Part shown: positions 18,301 through 26,556 of the stretch, piece after piece
Layout: every line of letters begins with the position of its first letter
Position numbering within the stretch: the stretch's first letter is position 1
NCBI GenBank assembly: GCA_964589485.1
Contig: CAZPRK010000005.1
Coordinates: forward strand, 62,001 to 88,854
Length of the DNA stretch: 26,854 nucleotides
Direction of reading: 5' to 3'
DNA from: an uncultured Methanosarcinales archaeon
GTDB taxonomy: Archaea > Nanobdellota > Nanobdellia > Woesearchaeales > CAYSVS01
Notes under the pieces: model-generated
What the model was told of the DNA's origin: nothing
Databases searched by the model: none
What the model saw: only the letters and a program-made list of their open reading frames with translations
Translations under genes and position numbers: made by a program

Positions 18301-20519
18301 TCATAATCATCAGCATCTCTACAAGTTACATTCCAGCTATGATGCCCATCTAATAATCCATTTACACTTAAATTTGTATAACTCAAAGTAGAAGCAGTTA
18401 CAGATAAATTTTCGTTTGTTATATTCAACGTGTTGTTTAAGTATAAAGTACAATTAACCCAAGTATAAGTTTTTTCATATATTGAAAAATTAAAATTAAT
18501 AGAATTATTACTTGAATTATACAAATTAACAGGATCAACTAAATCAAGTGCAGGAGTTTCTAAATCCGCTACCACATTTATATTAAATTTAGAAGTAATA
18601 TTTAACACATCTTTATGATGATATTTTGAATAAAAAGTCCAAGTAGTATCAGAATCAATGGTTGCATTTATTGTCCAACTTTGATTACAAGTTTCTCCTG
18701 CCTTCATGTTAGATAAACAACTTAAATTTTCAGGAAAAACTGGATTTTGAGTTAATGAATAAAATGGTAAAGCTCCTATAGTCATCGGAACATCTCCTTT
18801 ATCTGAAACAGATTGAAATGCATCTATTCTTTTTCTAACAACTCCGCTTGTACTTTCAGAAATTGTTTGTCCAGTTACTTTAAATTTATCTTCAATTTGA
18901 AACGGAGTTACATTTCTAGAAAAACGTAACCTATTGTATTGATATATTAATGCTGCCGCTCCTGCAACATGCGGAGTTGCCATTGAAGTTCCAGTTAAAC
19001 TAACAAACCCTCCCCCATCATTTGCACTTGTAATAGATTGACCTGGAGCATAAAAATCTAAAGGAGGAGCTATATTTGATGATGTATATAATCCATCAGT
19101 TTTAGTTGTTCCCCCAATTGCAGTTGCATTTTGTATACATGCAGGACTTGCAATTCCAGTTCTAGACCCTGCATTTCCTGATGCTACTGTAACCATTATA
19201 TTTTGACCTACAGCTAAATCTATTATTCCAGCATTAGCATCATCATTACAATAATCAGTATAAAGTGTATCTGATCCTAAGCTCATAGTAATTACAGAAA
19301 TATTATACTTTGTTGCGTTATCAACACACCATTCAAGTGCAGACAATATAGCTGCATCACTACACAATCCTGCAGAATTACAAACTTTCATTGCAATTAA
19401 TTTTGAATCTGGAGCAACTCCCTTATATGTTGAATCGTTACTTGCAACAATTCCTGCAACATGAGTTCCATGCCCATGATCATCATATGGATCATCATCA
19501 TTATTAACATAATCATACCCACCAATTACTTTAACACCCCAACTATTTCCCAGAGCAGAATGATTATAATCTATTCCTGTGTCTATTACACAAACAGTTT
19601 CACCACTCCCTGTAATATTAACTCCACCATATTTTAAATTCCATGCATTAGTTGCATTAATTTTAGGAACACTTCCATCTAAAAAAATTCTTTTTATTCC
19701 ATTAGATAAAATAGCTTCAACGTTAGGGTTTTCTTTTAACTTTTCATAACCTTCCTTTGTTAAATTTGCTGAAATTGCACTTGCAAGTTTATATTTCTTT
19801 TTAACTACAATTTCTGGTTCAGAAAACAATCCATTTTTTGTTTCTAATGTAGATAATACTTCATCTTGAACATTTTTTACTTTTTCTTTAACATCTTCTA
19901 AACCTAAATCTTCAACATCAGTTTTTAAAATAATAATTACGTCTTCAACTTCTTTATCTTCAAATATTTCTTCTACTTTTTCTGGGTCTAAAGTAGCTCT
20001 AACATTATTACATTCTCCTAATACACAAGTAAACCCGGTAGAAATATTTTGTAGATTATGTTTTACCATCGTAATATCAGAATTTGGAGATATTAAATAA
20101 GGAACAATTCTTCCCCAAGGAACAAACCAAGTTACATTTGTTTGAGTTAAAGTAGAATTACCGAAACAATTAGTACTTAATGTCCAATTTCCTGAATCAT
20201 TTATTTCTAAATCAACATGATCATATTCAAAAGTATCTGATGAATTTGTACTAAAACTAATATTAAGGTAAAAAAATTGATTATTTTCTAAATTATACAA
20301 ACTAAAAGTAACATTATCAATAGAGCTATTAAATGTACAATTTCCTCTTACTTTTGCTATACTCTTAGCGTAAGTAATGTTACTACAATCAACCCAAGAA
20401 GTTCCATTATTACATTGAATCTGACTAATTGAAGGCGTAGATCCAAATACATTATTAGAAAATATAAGAACTAAAACAATAAATAATAAAAACTTGAATT
20501 GATTATTCATTTTATACAA
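15372..20519 (-). CDS. Large secreted, membrane-anchored S8 subtilase surface glycoprotein (1715 aa)
   Basis: Signal peptide; I9-like prodomain; triad D313 (VIDTG), H350 (HGTHVAG), S512 (GTSMATPHVAG); oxyanion N449; Ig-like beta-rich repeats; PGF-pre-PGF-like domains; Ser/Gly linker; C-terminal TM; very many N-X-S/T sequons. Confidence 0.93.
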   Translation of the reverse strand: MYKMNNQFKFLLFIVLVLIFSNNVFGSTPSISQIQCNNGTSWVDCSNITYAKSIAKVRGNCTFNSSIDNVTFSLYNLENNQFFYLNISFSTNSSDTFEYDHVDLEINDSGNWTLSTNCFGNSTLTQTNVTWFVPWGRIVPYLISPNSDITMVKHNLQNISTGFTCVLGECNNVRATLDPEKVEEIFEDKEVEDVIIILKTDVEDLGLEDVKEKVKNVQDEVLSTLETKNGLFSEPEIVVKKKYKLASAISANLTKEGYEKLKENPNVEAILSNGIKRIFLDGSVPKINATNAWNLKYGGVNITGSGETVCVIDTGIDYNHSALGNSWGVKVIGGYDYVNNDDDPYDDHGHGTHVAGIVASNDSTYKGVAPDSKLIAMKVCNSAGLCSDAAILSALEWCVDNATKYNISVITMSLGSDTLYTDYCNDDANAGIIDLAVGQNIMVTVASGNAGSRTGIASPACIQNATAIGGTTKTDGLYTSSNIAPPLDFYAPGQSITSANDGGGFVSLTGTSMATPHVAGAAALIYQYNRLRFSRNVTPFQIEDKFKVTGQTISESTSGVVRKRIDAFQSVSDKGDVPMTIGALPFYSLTQNPVFPENLSCLSNMKAGETCNQSWTINATIDSDTTWTFYSKYHHKDVLNITSKFNINVVADLETPALDLVDPVNLYNSSNNSINFNFSIYEKTYTWVNCTLYLNNTLNITNENLSVTASTLSYTNLSVNGLLDGHHSWNVTCRDADDYENTTTSRIVVIDTKKPIIESVSLNNEIIESNSSLIITVNVTDIIGIKNMSLSSNLTFNSTNFSLSNGNIFDGTWTLHTSIIGTNGTYNLNITTYDYSGNVNSSNKTLLISEVFPNISNINVNTLTLTEGIQFNNENGTYIFNWTVVESNLNYTNLSIDYGAIYNLSNSNGTNSFTTQLDVGRHTIKFGAIDITNKIFETQIYNFITNSKINSTFESNKMKTIYTNTSNISIKYQNGSLIGVDKVYFNQTLNLNLDVNYSLSNIPVSLNFTGTNAKWNNSLNFKILTHDFTFNSSIIALGVTPQKEVVVKSFNDFISDEYYYATFNVNISTFDSSKTYFHYCTNNYSLNNCFLIENICTNETKKTYLDQNLSCYWSNFTGNVPLDNITRVFTPTLEALSFSIDNVIGNITFLSPINGSVSLESGENVKLNISVNDNLSMLNISVNSGEFIFNVSINDYCVKNKTNGIVITNCTNVPVNGSLFHNILNNGTNGVVLGLKDVHSNYVEFNYDFLVNDTTPPTITSSEIVNGSVLTSEILSDFDITMNDWTNLTIITTNGSIVNIMNSSKQLSGFDLSKYYDTSIQNQSLYLSIWDVHGNRNIKNFSFAIVESSFSQLFAATSSGGANLSSFVANTVSSFRSLPASISLDLAVLPTVPETFTSLYTIKTFTSFTVESNTTNSSMDSVMTFKISKIKLDSQNISYDNISLYSTQTGSTNSFEELSTVNVSNVGQFITYEANVSHFSTFVSGVKNSGSKSPGSSSSSSSSSSSGGGGGGGGGGSKISSAAKGLNFTHIWLDVSEGDLLELKLNHTRAVLRELKFNALSNVTSLELKVYTMDSFRTLDEPIYKFLKFKFKDYSDVTVRFRVEKTFLENGIGVYNLINDKWEKLTFKMYNSDSYYSYFEVQVSELEYLAITLPEKEINADQVKSSIKTPEKIKTNELVKFEKEIEKNDRNYWILGLNLFAVFVFVYFFRKFFFN
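15970..16055 (-). repeat. Low-complexity poly-Ser/poly-Gly linker coding tract
   Basis: Locally GC-rich ccaccgccacctccgccgccgcctccacc encodes G10, preceded in the protein by a Ser run. Confidence 0.85.
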
Positions 20520-20593
20520 ACAATAACACCCCTATATAGTATATTAAATTTGAATAACCATATTTATATACTTTACTATTAATTATATATAAG

Positions 20594-20935
20594 ATGAATA
20601 TAAGGTTAAATAATAAAATTATTGTTAATAAGAATAAAATAATTAAATCTTTTCTTGGTAAATTTATTGGTTTAATGTTTAGCAAACAAAATAAAAACCG
20701 TGCAATAACATTTGTTTTTAATAAAAAAACTAAAGTTTCTTTACATATGTTTTTTGTTTTTTATCCAATAGATGTAATTTGGTTAAACTCAAAAAAAGAA
20801 ATAATTTTTATGAAAGAAAATTTTATTCCATTTACTTTAATTTTTCCAAAATGTAAAGCTAACTATGTTATAGAATTACCTGTAAATACAATCAAAAATA
20901 ATAAAATAAAAAAAGGAAATATCCTTACTTTCTAA
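20594..20935 (+). CDS. DUF192 family protein
   Basis: GLMF, HMFFVFYPIDVIWL and A.YVIELP motifs. Confidence 0.88.
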   Translation: MNIRLNNKIIVNKNKIIKSFLGKFIGLMFSKQNKNRAITFVFNKKTKVSLHMFFVFYPIDVIWLNSKKEIIFMKENFIPFTLIFPKCKANYVIELPVNTIKNNKIKKGNILTF

Positions 20936-21260
20936 GTGAATTTAATCCCAAAACAACTAATCCGCCTAAAACCAAATATTGTAAATACGGAATTAATGAT
21001 GTTAATAAATTAAGTCCTGCATTTAAAGATTGAAGATAATTTAACCAAACTACTTCCGATGAAATTAGTTCTTCGACTACACCAATAGTAACAAAAATTA
21101 TAACATAAATGTTAAGAACTCCCATTAACCCATCTGTTCCTTTTTCACTTTTCAAAACTGAAGATAGAAAATCTCTTAAAAACGGAAACAAAAAAGTAAT
21201 CGCAACATATCCTCCTAATAACAAAAACACAACATTCAATAAATTTAACGCAATAGCCAT
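20925..21260 (-). CDS. Small hypothetical membrane protein (about 3 TM)
   Basis: Three hydrophobic segments; SD GAGGTGA at 21267-21273. Confidence 0.8.
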   Translation of the reverse strand: MAIALNLLNVVFLLLGGYVAITFLFPFLRDFLSSVLKSEKGTDGLMGVLNIYVIIFVTIGVVEELISSEVVWLNYLQSLNAGLNLLTSLIPYLQYLVLGGLVVLGLNSLRK

Positions 21261-21328
21261 AAATATTCACCTCTTTAAGAAGAGAGTGTCTATTAACTTT
21301 ATAAGTTTTTGTTACTTTTAAAAAATGG

Positions 21329-22249
21329 TTACTCTAAAATAAGAATTAATTTACTTAAGCTCTTATGTATAAAAATGTCAAATTTATTAACAATTTTAAA
21401 ACCGTTTAAATATTTTTTATAATCAACAAAGTTAGGCATAACTATAACTCCACGTACAAAATCATTCTTTTTTAAATTATTAAAAAAGTCAATATAGAGT
21501 TTATCTAAATCCGTACTTAATTTACTACTTTTACCATATGGCAAATCACATACAACATTATTTAATTTTACTTTAGTTGCATCTTTATTGTGCACTTCCC
21601 CTTTAATTTTAAAATGTTCAAAATTTAATCTTGCCTTTTTTAATGCAATTTCGTTGATATCATACCCTTTAATATCCAAGCCCATTAACCCTGCTTCTAT
21701 CAATAAGCCACCAGTTCCACAAAAAGGATCTAAAACTTTATTAGAATTTAACAAATTAACTAAACATCTTGCTAACTTAGGATGTAAACTATTCCCTGTT
21801 TTTCCAGGGCGCAAATGACTCCTTCGTGAAAGAAAATTTTCATTATTTTCATGTAAAAATAATGTAAAATATACTTTATTTTCAATTTCATAAAAATAAA
21901 ATTTATTATTTGCATTTTTCAAATCTACATCTTTCAATTTATTCCAAATTATATCTGCAAATTCTTTTTCTCTAACATTCAAACCATGACAAGCTTTCAC
22001 AGAAAAACTCCCATCAAATACACTAAAGTCAAAATTATTCAAATCATTATTAACATTATCAATTGTAGATGTAAAAAGAATTTTCATTACCTGTTTAGTA
22101 TAAGCTAATTTTGAAGATAACTTAAAGTCTATATCTTTTGCAATAATAAATTTATTACTAAATTTAGTTTCATTAGGTTTCAAAACCGTTATTACTTCAC
22201 TCCTAGCTAAATCTAAAAAATCTTGGCTTAATAACAACAAATAATCCAT
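21329..22249 (-). CDS. trm11: tRNA (guanine10-N2) methyltransferase Trm11/TrmG10-like (THUMP plus Rossmann MTase)
   Basis: R.HLRP...SLHPKLARCLVNL, SAM motif VLDPFCGTGGLLIEAG, DLPYG (DPPY-like), C-terminal IHKSL. Confidence 0.87.
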   Translation of the reverse strand: MDYLLLLSQDFLDLARSEVITVLKPNETKFSNKFIIAKDIDFKLSSKLAYTKQVMKILFTSTIDNVNNDLNNFDFSVFDGSFSVKACHGLNVREKEFADIIWNKLKDVDLKNANNKFYFYEIENKVYFTLFLHENNENFLSRRSHLRPGKTGNSLHPKLARCLVNLLNSNKVLDPFCGTGGLLIEAGLMGLDIKGYDINEIALKKARLNFEHFKIKGEVHNKDATKVKLNNVVCDLPYGKSSKLSTDLDKLYIDFFNNLKKNDFVRGVIVMPNFVDYKKYLNGFKIVNKFDIFIHKSLSKLILILE

Positions 22250-22271
22250 AATATCTCTTTAAATATAATTA

Positions 22272-22301
22272 GTTATAAAGCTTATCAAAAACTATTTAAA
22301 T
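22272..22301. promoter_or_regulatory. Back-to-back TATA boxes for the divergent trm11 and wHTH genes
   Basis: Minus-strand TTTATAA at about 22273-22279 and plus-strand TATTTAAAT at 22293-22301, each about 20-23 nt from its ATG. Confidence 0.55.
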
Positions 22302-22321
22302 CCCCATGATATTTTAACTAT

Positions 22322-22630
22322 ATGGCAAAAAAAGGACGTCCACCTAAATCAGAAATTAGACAAAATATAGTAGATATTCTTTCTGTTATTAATGAAGAAA
22401 CAGGGTATGAAATTTACAAAAAATATGTTTTAATTTTTCCTAAAGTTACCATGAGAAGTATATATTATCACTTAAAAAAAGGCCTTCAAACTGAAGAATT
22501 TGTAATTGCTAAAGTAGTAGATGTTCAAGGAGATTATTCATGGGGACCAAGCGCAAAAAAAACTTATTATGGTTTAGGACAATTAGCAAGGCCAAAAAAT
22601 CAAGATAGAGTTAAAGAAATTCTCAACTAA
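22322..22630 (+). CDS. Winged-helix (PadR/ArsR-like) DNA-binding protein with AT-hook-like N-terminus
   Basis: KKGRPPK, then I..IL......GYEI.K........MRSIYYHLKK and a wing ending KTYY.L. Confidence 0.75.
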   Translation: MAKKGRPPKSEIRQNIVDILSVINEETGYEIYKKYVLIFPKVTMRSIYYHLKKGLQTEEFVIAKVVDVQGDYSWGPSAKKTYYGLGQLARPKNQDRVKEILN

Positions 22631-23298
22631 AGTTTGTCTATTATTTTTCTTAATAAACCCATAATAAGAAAAGATTCTCTTTCGGATAATAAACTTTTAC
22701 CAATAATTTTTTTCCATAACTTAAATTGAATATCTTTCTTTGCATCTGTTTGAAAATCTAATAATGAAAATAAATTTTCAAATAAATTCATTATTAATTC
22801 TTTTTTTTCTCTTGTTATAGGTTTAATTTTATTTTTTCTTTTATACAATTCATAAAGCAATATTGTAACACTATGACTTATGTTTAAAGTTGGGTATTTT
22901 ATTGATGATGGTATATGTACAATAAAGTCACAAAGATCTAATTCTTTATTTGTTAAACCAGAACTTTCTCTTCCAATCATAATTCCAATATTAGATTCTT
23001 GACCCAATTTATCTGCAAATTCAGATGAAAGAACTGGACTTCGCATAATATTATAATCACTTCCTATTTTAGCACTAGTTCCAATTAAATAATCAAATTT
23101 TAACTCGTTTAAAGTCATTTGTGTTACATTCTCTAAAACACTTAAACCTTGTTTACTACGCTTTAAAGCTTCAACATCTTTAACATCACATTTAGGATTA
23201 ATTACTATTAAATTTTCAACATCAAAATTTTTCATAACTCTCGCTACTGCACCCAAATTTCCAGGATTTTCTGGCTCAACTAAAATAATTGAAATCAT
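22627..23298 (-). CDS. trmJ: SPOUT tRNA methyltransferase, TrmJ/LasT-like
   Basis: IILVEPENPGNLGAVARVMKNF, IGTSA, GRESSGLTN.EL..CD..V.IP....YPTLN.SH.V...LYEL. Confidence 0.9.
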   Translation of the reverse strand: MISIILVEPENPGNLGAVARVMKNFDVENLIVINPKCDVKDVEALKRSKQGLSVLENVTQMTLNELKFDYLIGTSAKIGSDYNIMRSPVLSSEFADKLGQESNIGIMIGRESSGLTNKELDLCDFIVHIPSSIKYPTLNISHSVTILLYELYKRKNKIKPITREKKELIMNLFENLFSLLDFQTDAKKDIQFKLWKKIIGKSLLSERESFLIMGLLRKIIDKL

Positions 23299-23332
23299 AA
23301 ACTTAAAAGAAAAAAGAGTTATTTAAAACTAA

Positions 23333-24475
23333 CTAAAATATACTTCTAAAAATAGGAATAACTATACTCGAAAATAAAACTAATAATGTTATAACGCTTA
23401 CTTTTTGCCAAATCAAATCAGCTCTATTTTTTTCAAAAAATTGATACAAACCAACTTGTAACATCCTGCCCCCATCAACTGGACCTAAAGGAAGTAAATT
23501 AGCAAGCCCTATACCCATGGTTAACATAAATAAAATTTTAAGAAAATCTATTAAATAAAATAAACCCCAATTTAAATTACTTACGCCATCTTTTAAACCA
23601 ATTTTTTGATTTAAATTTATTCCAACATATGATAATGACTTATTATCTGGGTTAAATGTTAAATTAACTAAATAATTCTTTTTATCGGTAGATAAAATAA
23701 TCATTTTACCTGGTTCCCTTAAACTTAATTCTTTACTAAAATTAACTAAATCATAAACTATTTTTCCATCAACTCTAGTTAATATATCTCCTTCCTTTAT
23801 TCCAGATAATTCAGCAGGAAACCCTTCCTTAACTCCCATTATTTCAATTCCTTGTGGTTCAACAATACTTGATGCAAAAGGGAATAATACAAATAACATT
23901 AAGGCTAATATTAAAAAACCTAAACAAATATTTGAAAATGGACCAGCAGCAAAAATAGATAATTGTTGTATTTTTGGGGCCTTCTTTAGTACTGTTTCAT
24001 CTGGTTCAACAAAAGCTCCAATGATTGGACCGAAAAATACAATTCCAGAAGATTTTACTCTAATATTATATAATTTAGAAATAACTCCATGAGCAAATTC
24101 ATGAATAGAAGCAACAATAAATATTGAAATTAAACCACTCCAAAAAGGAATAAATATCGAACTCCCTGGAATTTTAACTCCAGGTAAAACTATTGAAATA
24201 CTGGCAGGTGCTTCAGGAACTAAAAATAAATCAAACAACCCTTTAATTAATACAAAACTAATTACTAACAAACCGATATATCCTATAACAACACCAATAT
24301 AAGCCCACCATTTCCAGAAAGAAGGAGCAATTTGAGAAATTTTTTTCATCCAATTAATTCCAATTTTAGTCCTATACAAAGCAATAAATTTTGCATGAAT
24401 TTCAAATTTTTTTCTGTTATAATAAATTAGAAATATTATTAATACATAAAAGAAAAGAACAAATAAATAGTTCAT
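23333..24475 (-). CDS. Site-2 intramembrane metalloprotease (M50) with PDZ domain
   Basis: HEFAH, GAFVEPD, AAGPFSN, PDZ (FPAELSGIKEGDIL..VDG), NLLPLGPVDGG. Confidence 0.95.
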   Translation of the reverse strand: MNYLFVLFFYVLIIFLIYYNRKKFEIHAKFIALYRTKIGINWMKKISQIAPSFWKWWAYIGVVIGYIGLLVISFVLIKGLFDLFLVPEAPASISIVLPGVKIPGSSIFIPFWSGLISIFIVASIHEFAHGVISKLYNIRVKSSGIVFFGPIIGAFVEPDETVLKKAPKIQQLSIFAAGPFSNICLGFLILALMLFVLFPFASSIVEPQGIEIMGVKEGFPAELSGIKEGDILTRVDGKIVYDLVNFSKELSLREPGKMIILSTDKKNYLVNLTFNPDNKSLSYVGINLNQKIGLKDGVSNLNWGLFYLIDFLKILFMLTMGIGLANLLPLGPVDGGRMLQVGLYQFFEKNRADLIWQKVSVITLLVLFSSIVIPIFRSIF

Positions 24476-24633
24476 TTTTTACGAACAGTTCTTAAAGCTC
24501 TATCGTTGCATTTTCTGCATTTAATTTTTCCCAATATTACTTTCATGTTAGGAGCTCTTATTTTACTTTTACAAGTCCTACATACAAAGATGTTATCAAA
24601 CAATCTTGCTTTTGCTTCTGCGAATTTTGCCAT
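24472..24633 (-). CDS. rpl40e: 50S ribosomal protein L40e (not in ORF track), 53 aa
   Basis: Manual translation MAKFAEAKARLFDNIFVCRTCKSKIRAPNMKVILGKIKCRKCNDRALRTVRKK*. Archaeal L40e N-terminus (MA.F.EA..RL), two CxxC pairs, LR...K tail. Starts 2 nt after the eif5a stop and has an ATGA overlap with the S2P gene. Confidence 0.85.
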   Translation of the reverse strand: MAKFAEAKARLFDNIFVCRTCKSKIRAPNMKVILGKIKCRKCNDRALRTVRKK

Positions 24634-24635
24634 TT

Positions 24636-25034
24636 TTATTCATTTTTTACTTGCTTCATTACTTTGTCGTCAAGTATTTCCCAATATAATACACTACACC
24701 CTTCAACAACTTGTCCAGTTAAATCTTCAGGTATTTTTAAGTCAAATGTTTCGTAAGTTTCTGAATCCATTACATTTGCACTATCTCCAGATAAACTTAG
24801 TACTTGAGCTGTTTTTTTTCCAATAATTGGAACATCTATATTATCATGACCAGGCGCAACAATTACTCTTTTTTTATCATCTATTAATCCTGCTCCAGTT
24901 AATCTAACCTTTGCGTGTCCATGCTTTCCAGGTCTACTTGTTTGAGTATCACTCACTCTACAAGCAACTCCATCAATAACAACAAAATTTCCTTTTTGTA
25001 ATGTTCCTATACTCTTTGGTTGAGTTTCTCCCAT
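24636..25034 (-). CDS. eif5a: Translation factor aIF-5A
   Basis: SRPGKHGHAK hypusination loop, VPII.K..AQV, MD.ETYETF; SD AGGTGA at 25041-25046. Confidence 0.97.
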   Translation of the reverse strand: MGETQPKSIGTLQKGNFVVIDGVACRVSDTQTSRPGKHGHAKVRLTGAGLIDDKKRVIVAPGHDNIDVPIIGKKTAQVLSLSGDSANVMDSETYETFDLKIPEDLTGQVVEGCSVLYWEILDDKVMKQVKNE

Positions 25035-25104
25035 TCGATATCACCTATTAAAAAAATAAAAAACAAGGTTATTTATAAAGGTTTTTATTCGAAGTGCTTC
25101 AGCC

Positions 25105-26556
25105 TCAGTTGGAAGTAGGTGCATCTGGCACTTCACGTACATATTTTTCTTTTTTTCGTACCCCTGTACCCCAACTAAATTCACCATTCAAATAATCTAA
25201 ATAAACTAATTCATCAATTTCAAGATTAGTTGGAACAAGAAATTCAGTTGAAGTATACTTATTACCAAGTTCATCTTCAAACTCAACATAAATAGTATAA
25301 CCTAAAGGTACGGCAGTTCTTAAATAATGAGCTTTTTTAAAACGACCATTTCCTCTTCCCCCAGACCATTCTGAATTATCATTTAACTTACGATATATGC
25401 TAAATCTTAATTCATCATCTGTTGTAATAGAAATATCCCTACGAGGATACATTTCAAAAGTTATTCCTTCAGTTACAGAATAATCAGTAACCTCTTCACT
25501 TCCAAAAGGTGCAGTTAGCTGATACTTTAACTCTCCATTATCTTCATCGATCAGAAACATATTACTATATCCATACCCTTTTTCATAAAAAACAAAAGAA
25601 GTACTTGTTAGTAATTCATTAGAACTTCCACTTACAAAAGGCGTATGATAATCAAATTCAAAATAACCATTTTCAGCAGTAATTATTTCTTTAGGGTCAG
25701 GATGATTTGTTCCTCCAACTAATCGTGCCCCAGATATAGGTTCTTCTGTATTTGAATCTATTAAAGTTCCACTAATAGTTCCTTCTTTAGTAAAAGTTCC
25801 AGTATAAAAAAGAGGAAACTTTCTATCATATTCATATACAAAGTTCATGTAGTATTTTGAACCAAAATCAGGGTTTGTAATTCTAGAAGTAACTAACACA
25901 TTGTTAAATAATTTCATATATATCAGATTATCGCCTGAGTGCTTTTCAAAGTAATTTCCTTCTTTATTAAAATCATTTGCTTCAGCATAAGATTCTAAGT
26001 TCCTTCTTAACATATCAACATCACTGTCAGAATAAAATTCAACTTTAGAATATATCTTATTTGTCTTAGTATAATAATCTGCATCTTGTGAAGTACAACC
26101 TGTATCCAAATAACAATAAGTATCTGTCCTTATACTACCATATCCCTTTAAGTTTACACCTTTTGTATCATAATTCACAATTAAATTCAAAGTACTTGGA
26201 TAATTTTCTAAATAACTACTTGCAAAATTTAGTAGATTCACTTCTTCATTTGTTTGAAGAGACACTACTACTTGTTTATTTTTATCCACCCACACAATAC
26301 CGGACTCATAATAATTTTTATGAGTATAAATAAAAGTATTTTCAGATATAGAAACTATTGAAATTTGTGGTGAATCTTCATTTAAAATCCTATTAACTTT
26401 TTGCTCAACTAAACCATCAAAAGTAAATACGTTTACCCGTACACTTTCACCATTAGAATTAGTATACCTTGCTGAATGATCCAATTTACACCATTCACCA
26501 CAAACTTCTTTTCCACTTTCAATATATTTAAAATCACCAATATCTTCTTCTATCAA
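25105..26556 (-). CDS. Distal part of a large hypothetical surface protein, including a carboxypeptidase-regulatory-like beta-sandwich
   Basis: GTISGTLIDSNTEEPISGA.....T.ENGYF motif. No signal peptide or SD at the TTG. In frame with the upstream ORF across a single TGA. Confidence 0.7.
   Translation of the reverse strand: MIEEDIGDFKYIESGKEVCGEWCKLDHSARYTNSNGESVRVNVFTFDGLVEQKVNRILNEDSPQISIVSISENTFIYTHKNYYESGIVWVDKNKQVVVSLQTNEEVNLLNFASSYLENYPSTLNLIVNYDTKGVNLKGYGSIRTDTYCYLDTGCTSQDADYYTKTNKIYSKVEFYSDSDVDMLRRNLESYAEANDFNKEGNYFEKHSGDNLIYMKLFNNVLVTSRITNPDFGSKYYMNFVYEYDRKFPLFYTGTFTKEGTISGTLIDSNTEEPISGARLVGGTNHPDPKEIITAENGYFEFDYHTPFVSGSSNELLTSTSFVFYEKGYGYSNMFLIDEDNGELKYQLTAPFGSEEVTDYSVTEGITFEMYPRRDISITTDDELRFSIYRKLNDNSEWSGGRGNGRFKKAHYLRTAVPLGYTIYVEFEDELGNKYTSTEFLVPTNLEIDELVYLDYLNGEFSWGTGVRKKEKYVREVPDAPTSN

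Noticed and set aside
16999..18306. Plus-strand ORFs 16999-17187 and 18031-18306
   Set aside because: Fully antisense to the subtilase gene; no motifs or start signals.
21109..21818. Plus-strand ORFs 21109-21321 and 21588-21818
   Set aside because: Antisense to an SD-supported membrane protein gene and to trm11.
24506..24826. Plus-strand 106-aa ORF
   Set aside because: Antisense to eif5a and rpl40e, which explain the region.
25091..25134. Inverted repeat GAAGTGC...GCACTTC bracketing the stop of the 483-aa ORF
   Set aside because: Only 7 bp with a 30-nt spacer, one arm is coding, and there is no U-tract; insufficient to call a terminator or recoding element.
26088..26333. Plus-strand 81-aa ORF
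   Set aside because: Antisense to the long minus-strand frame; biased composition.
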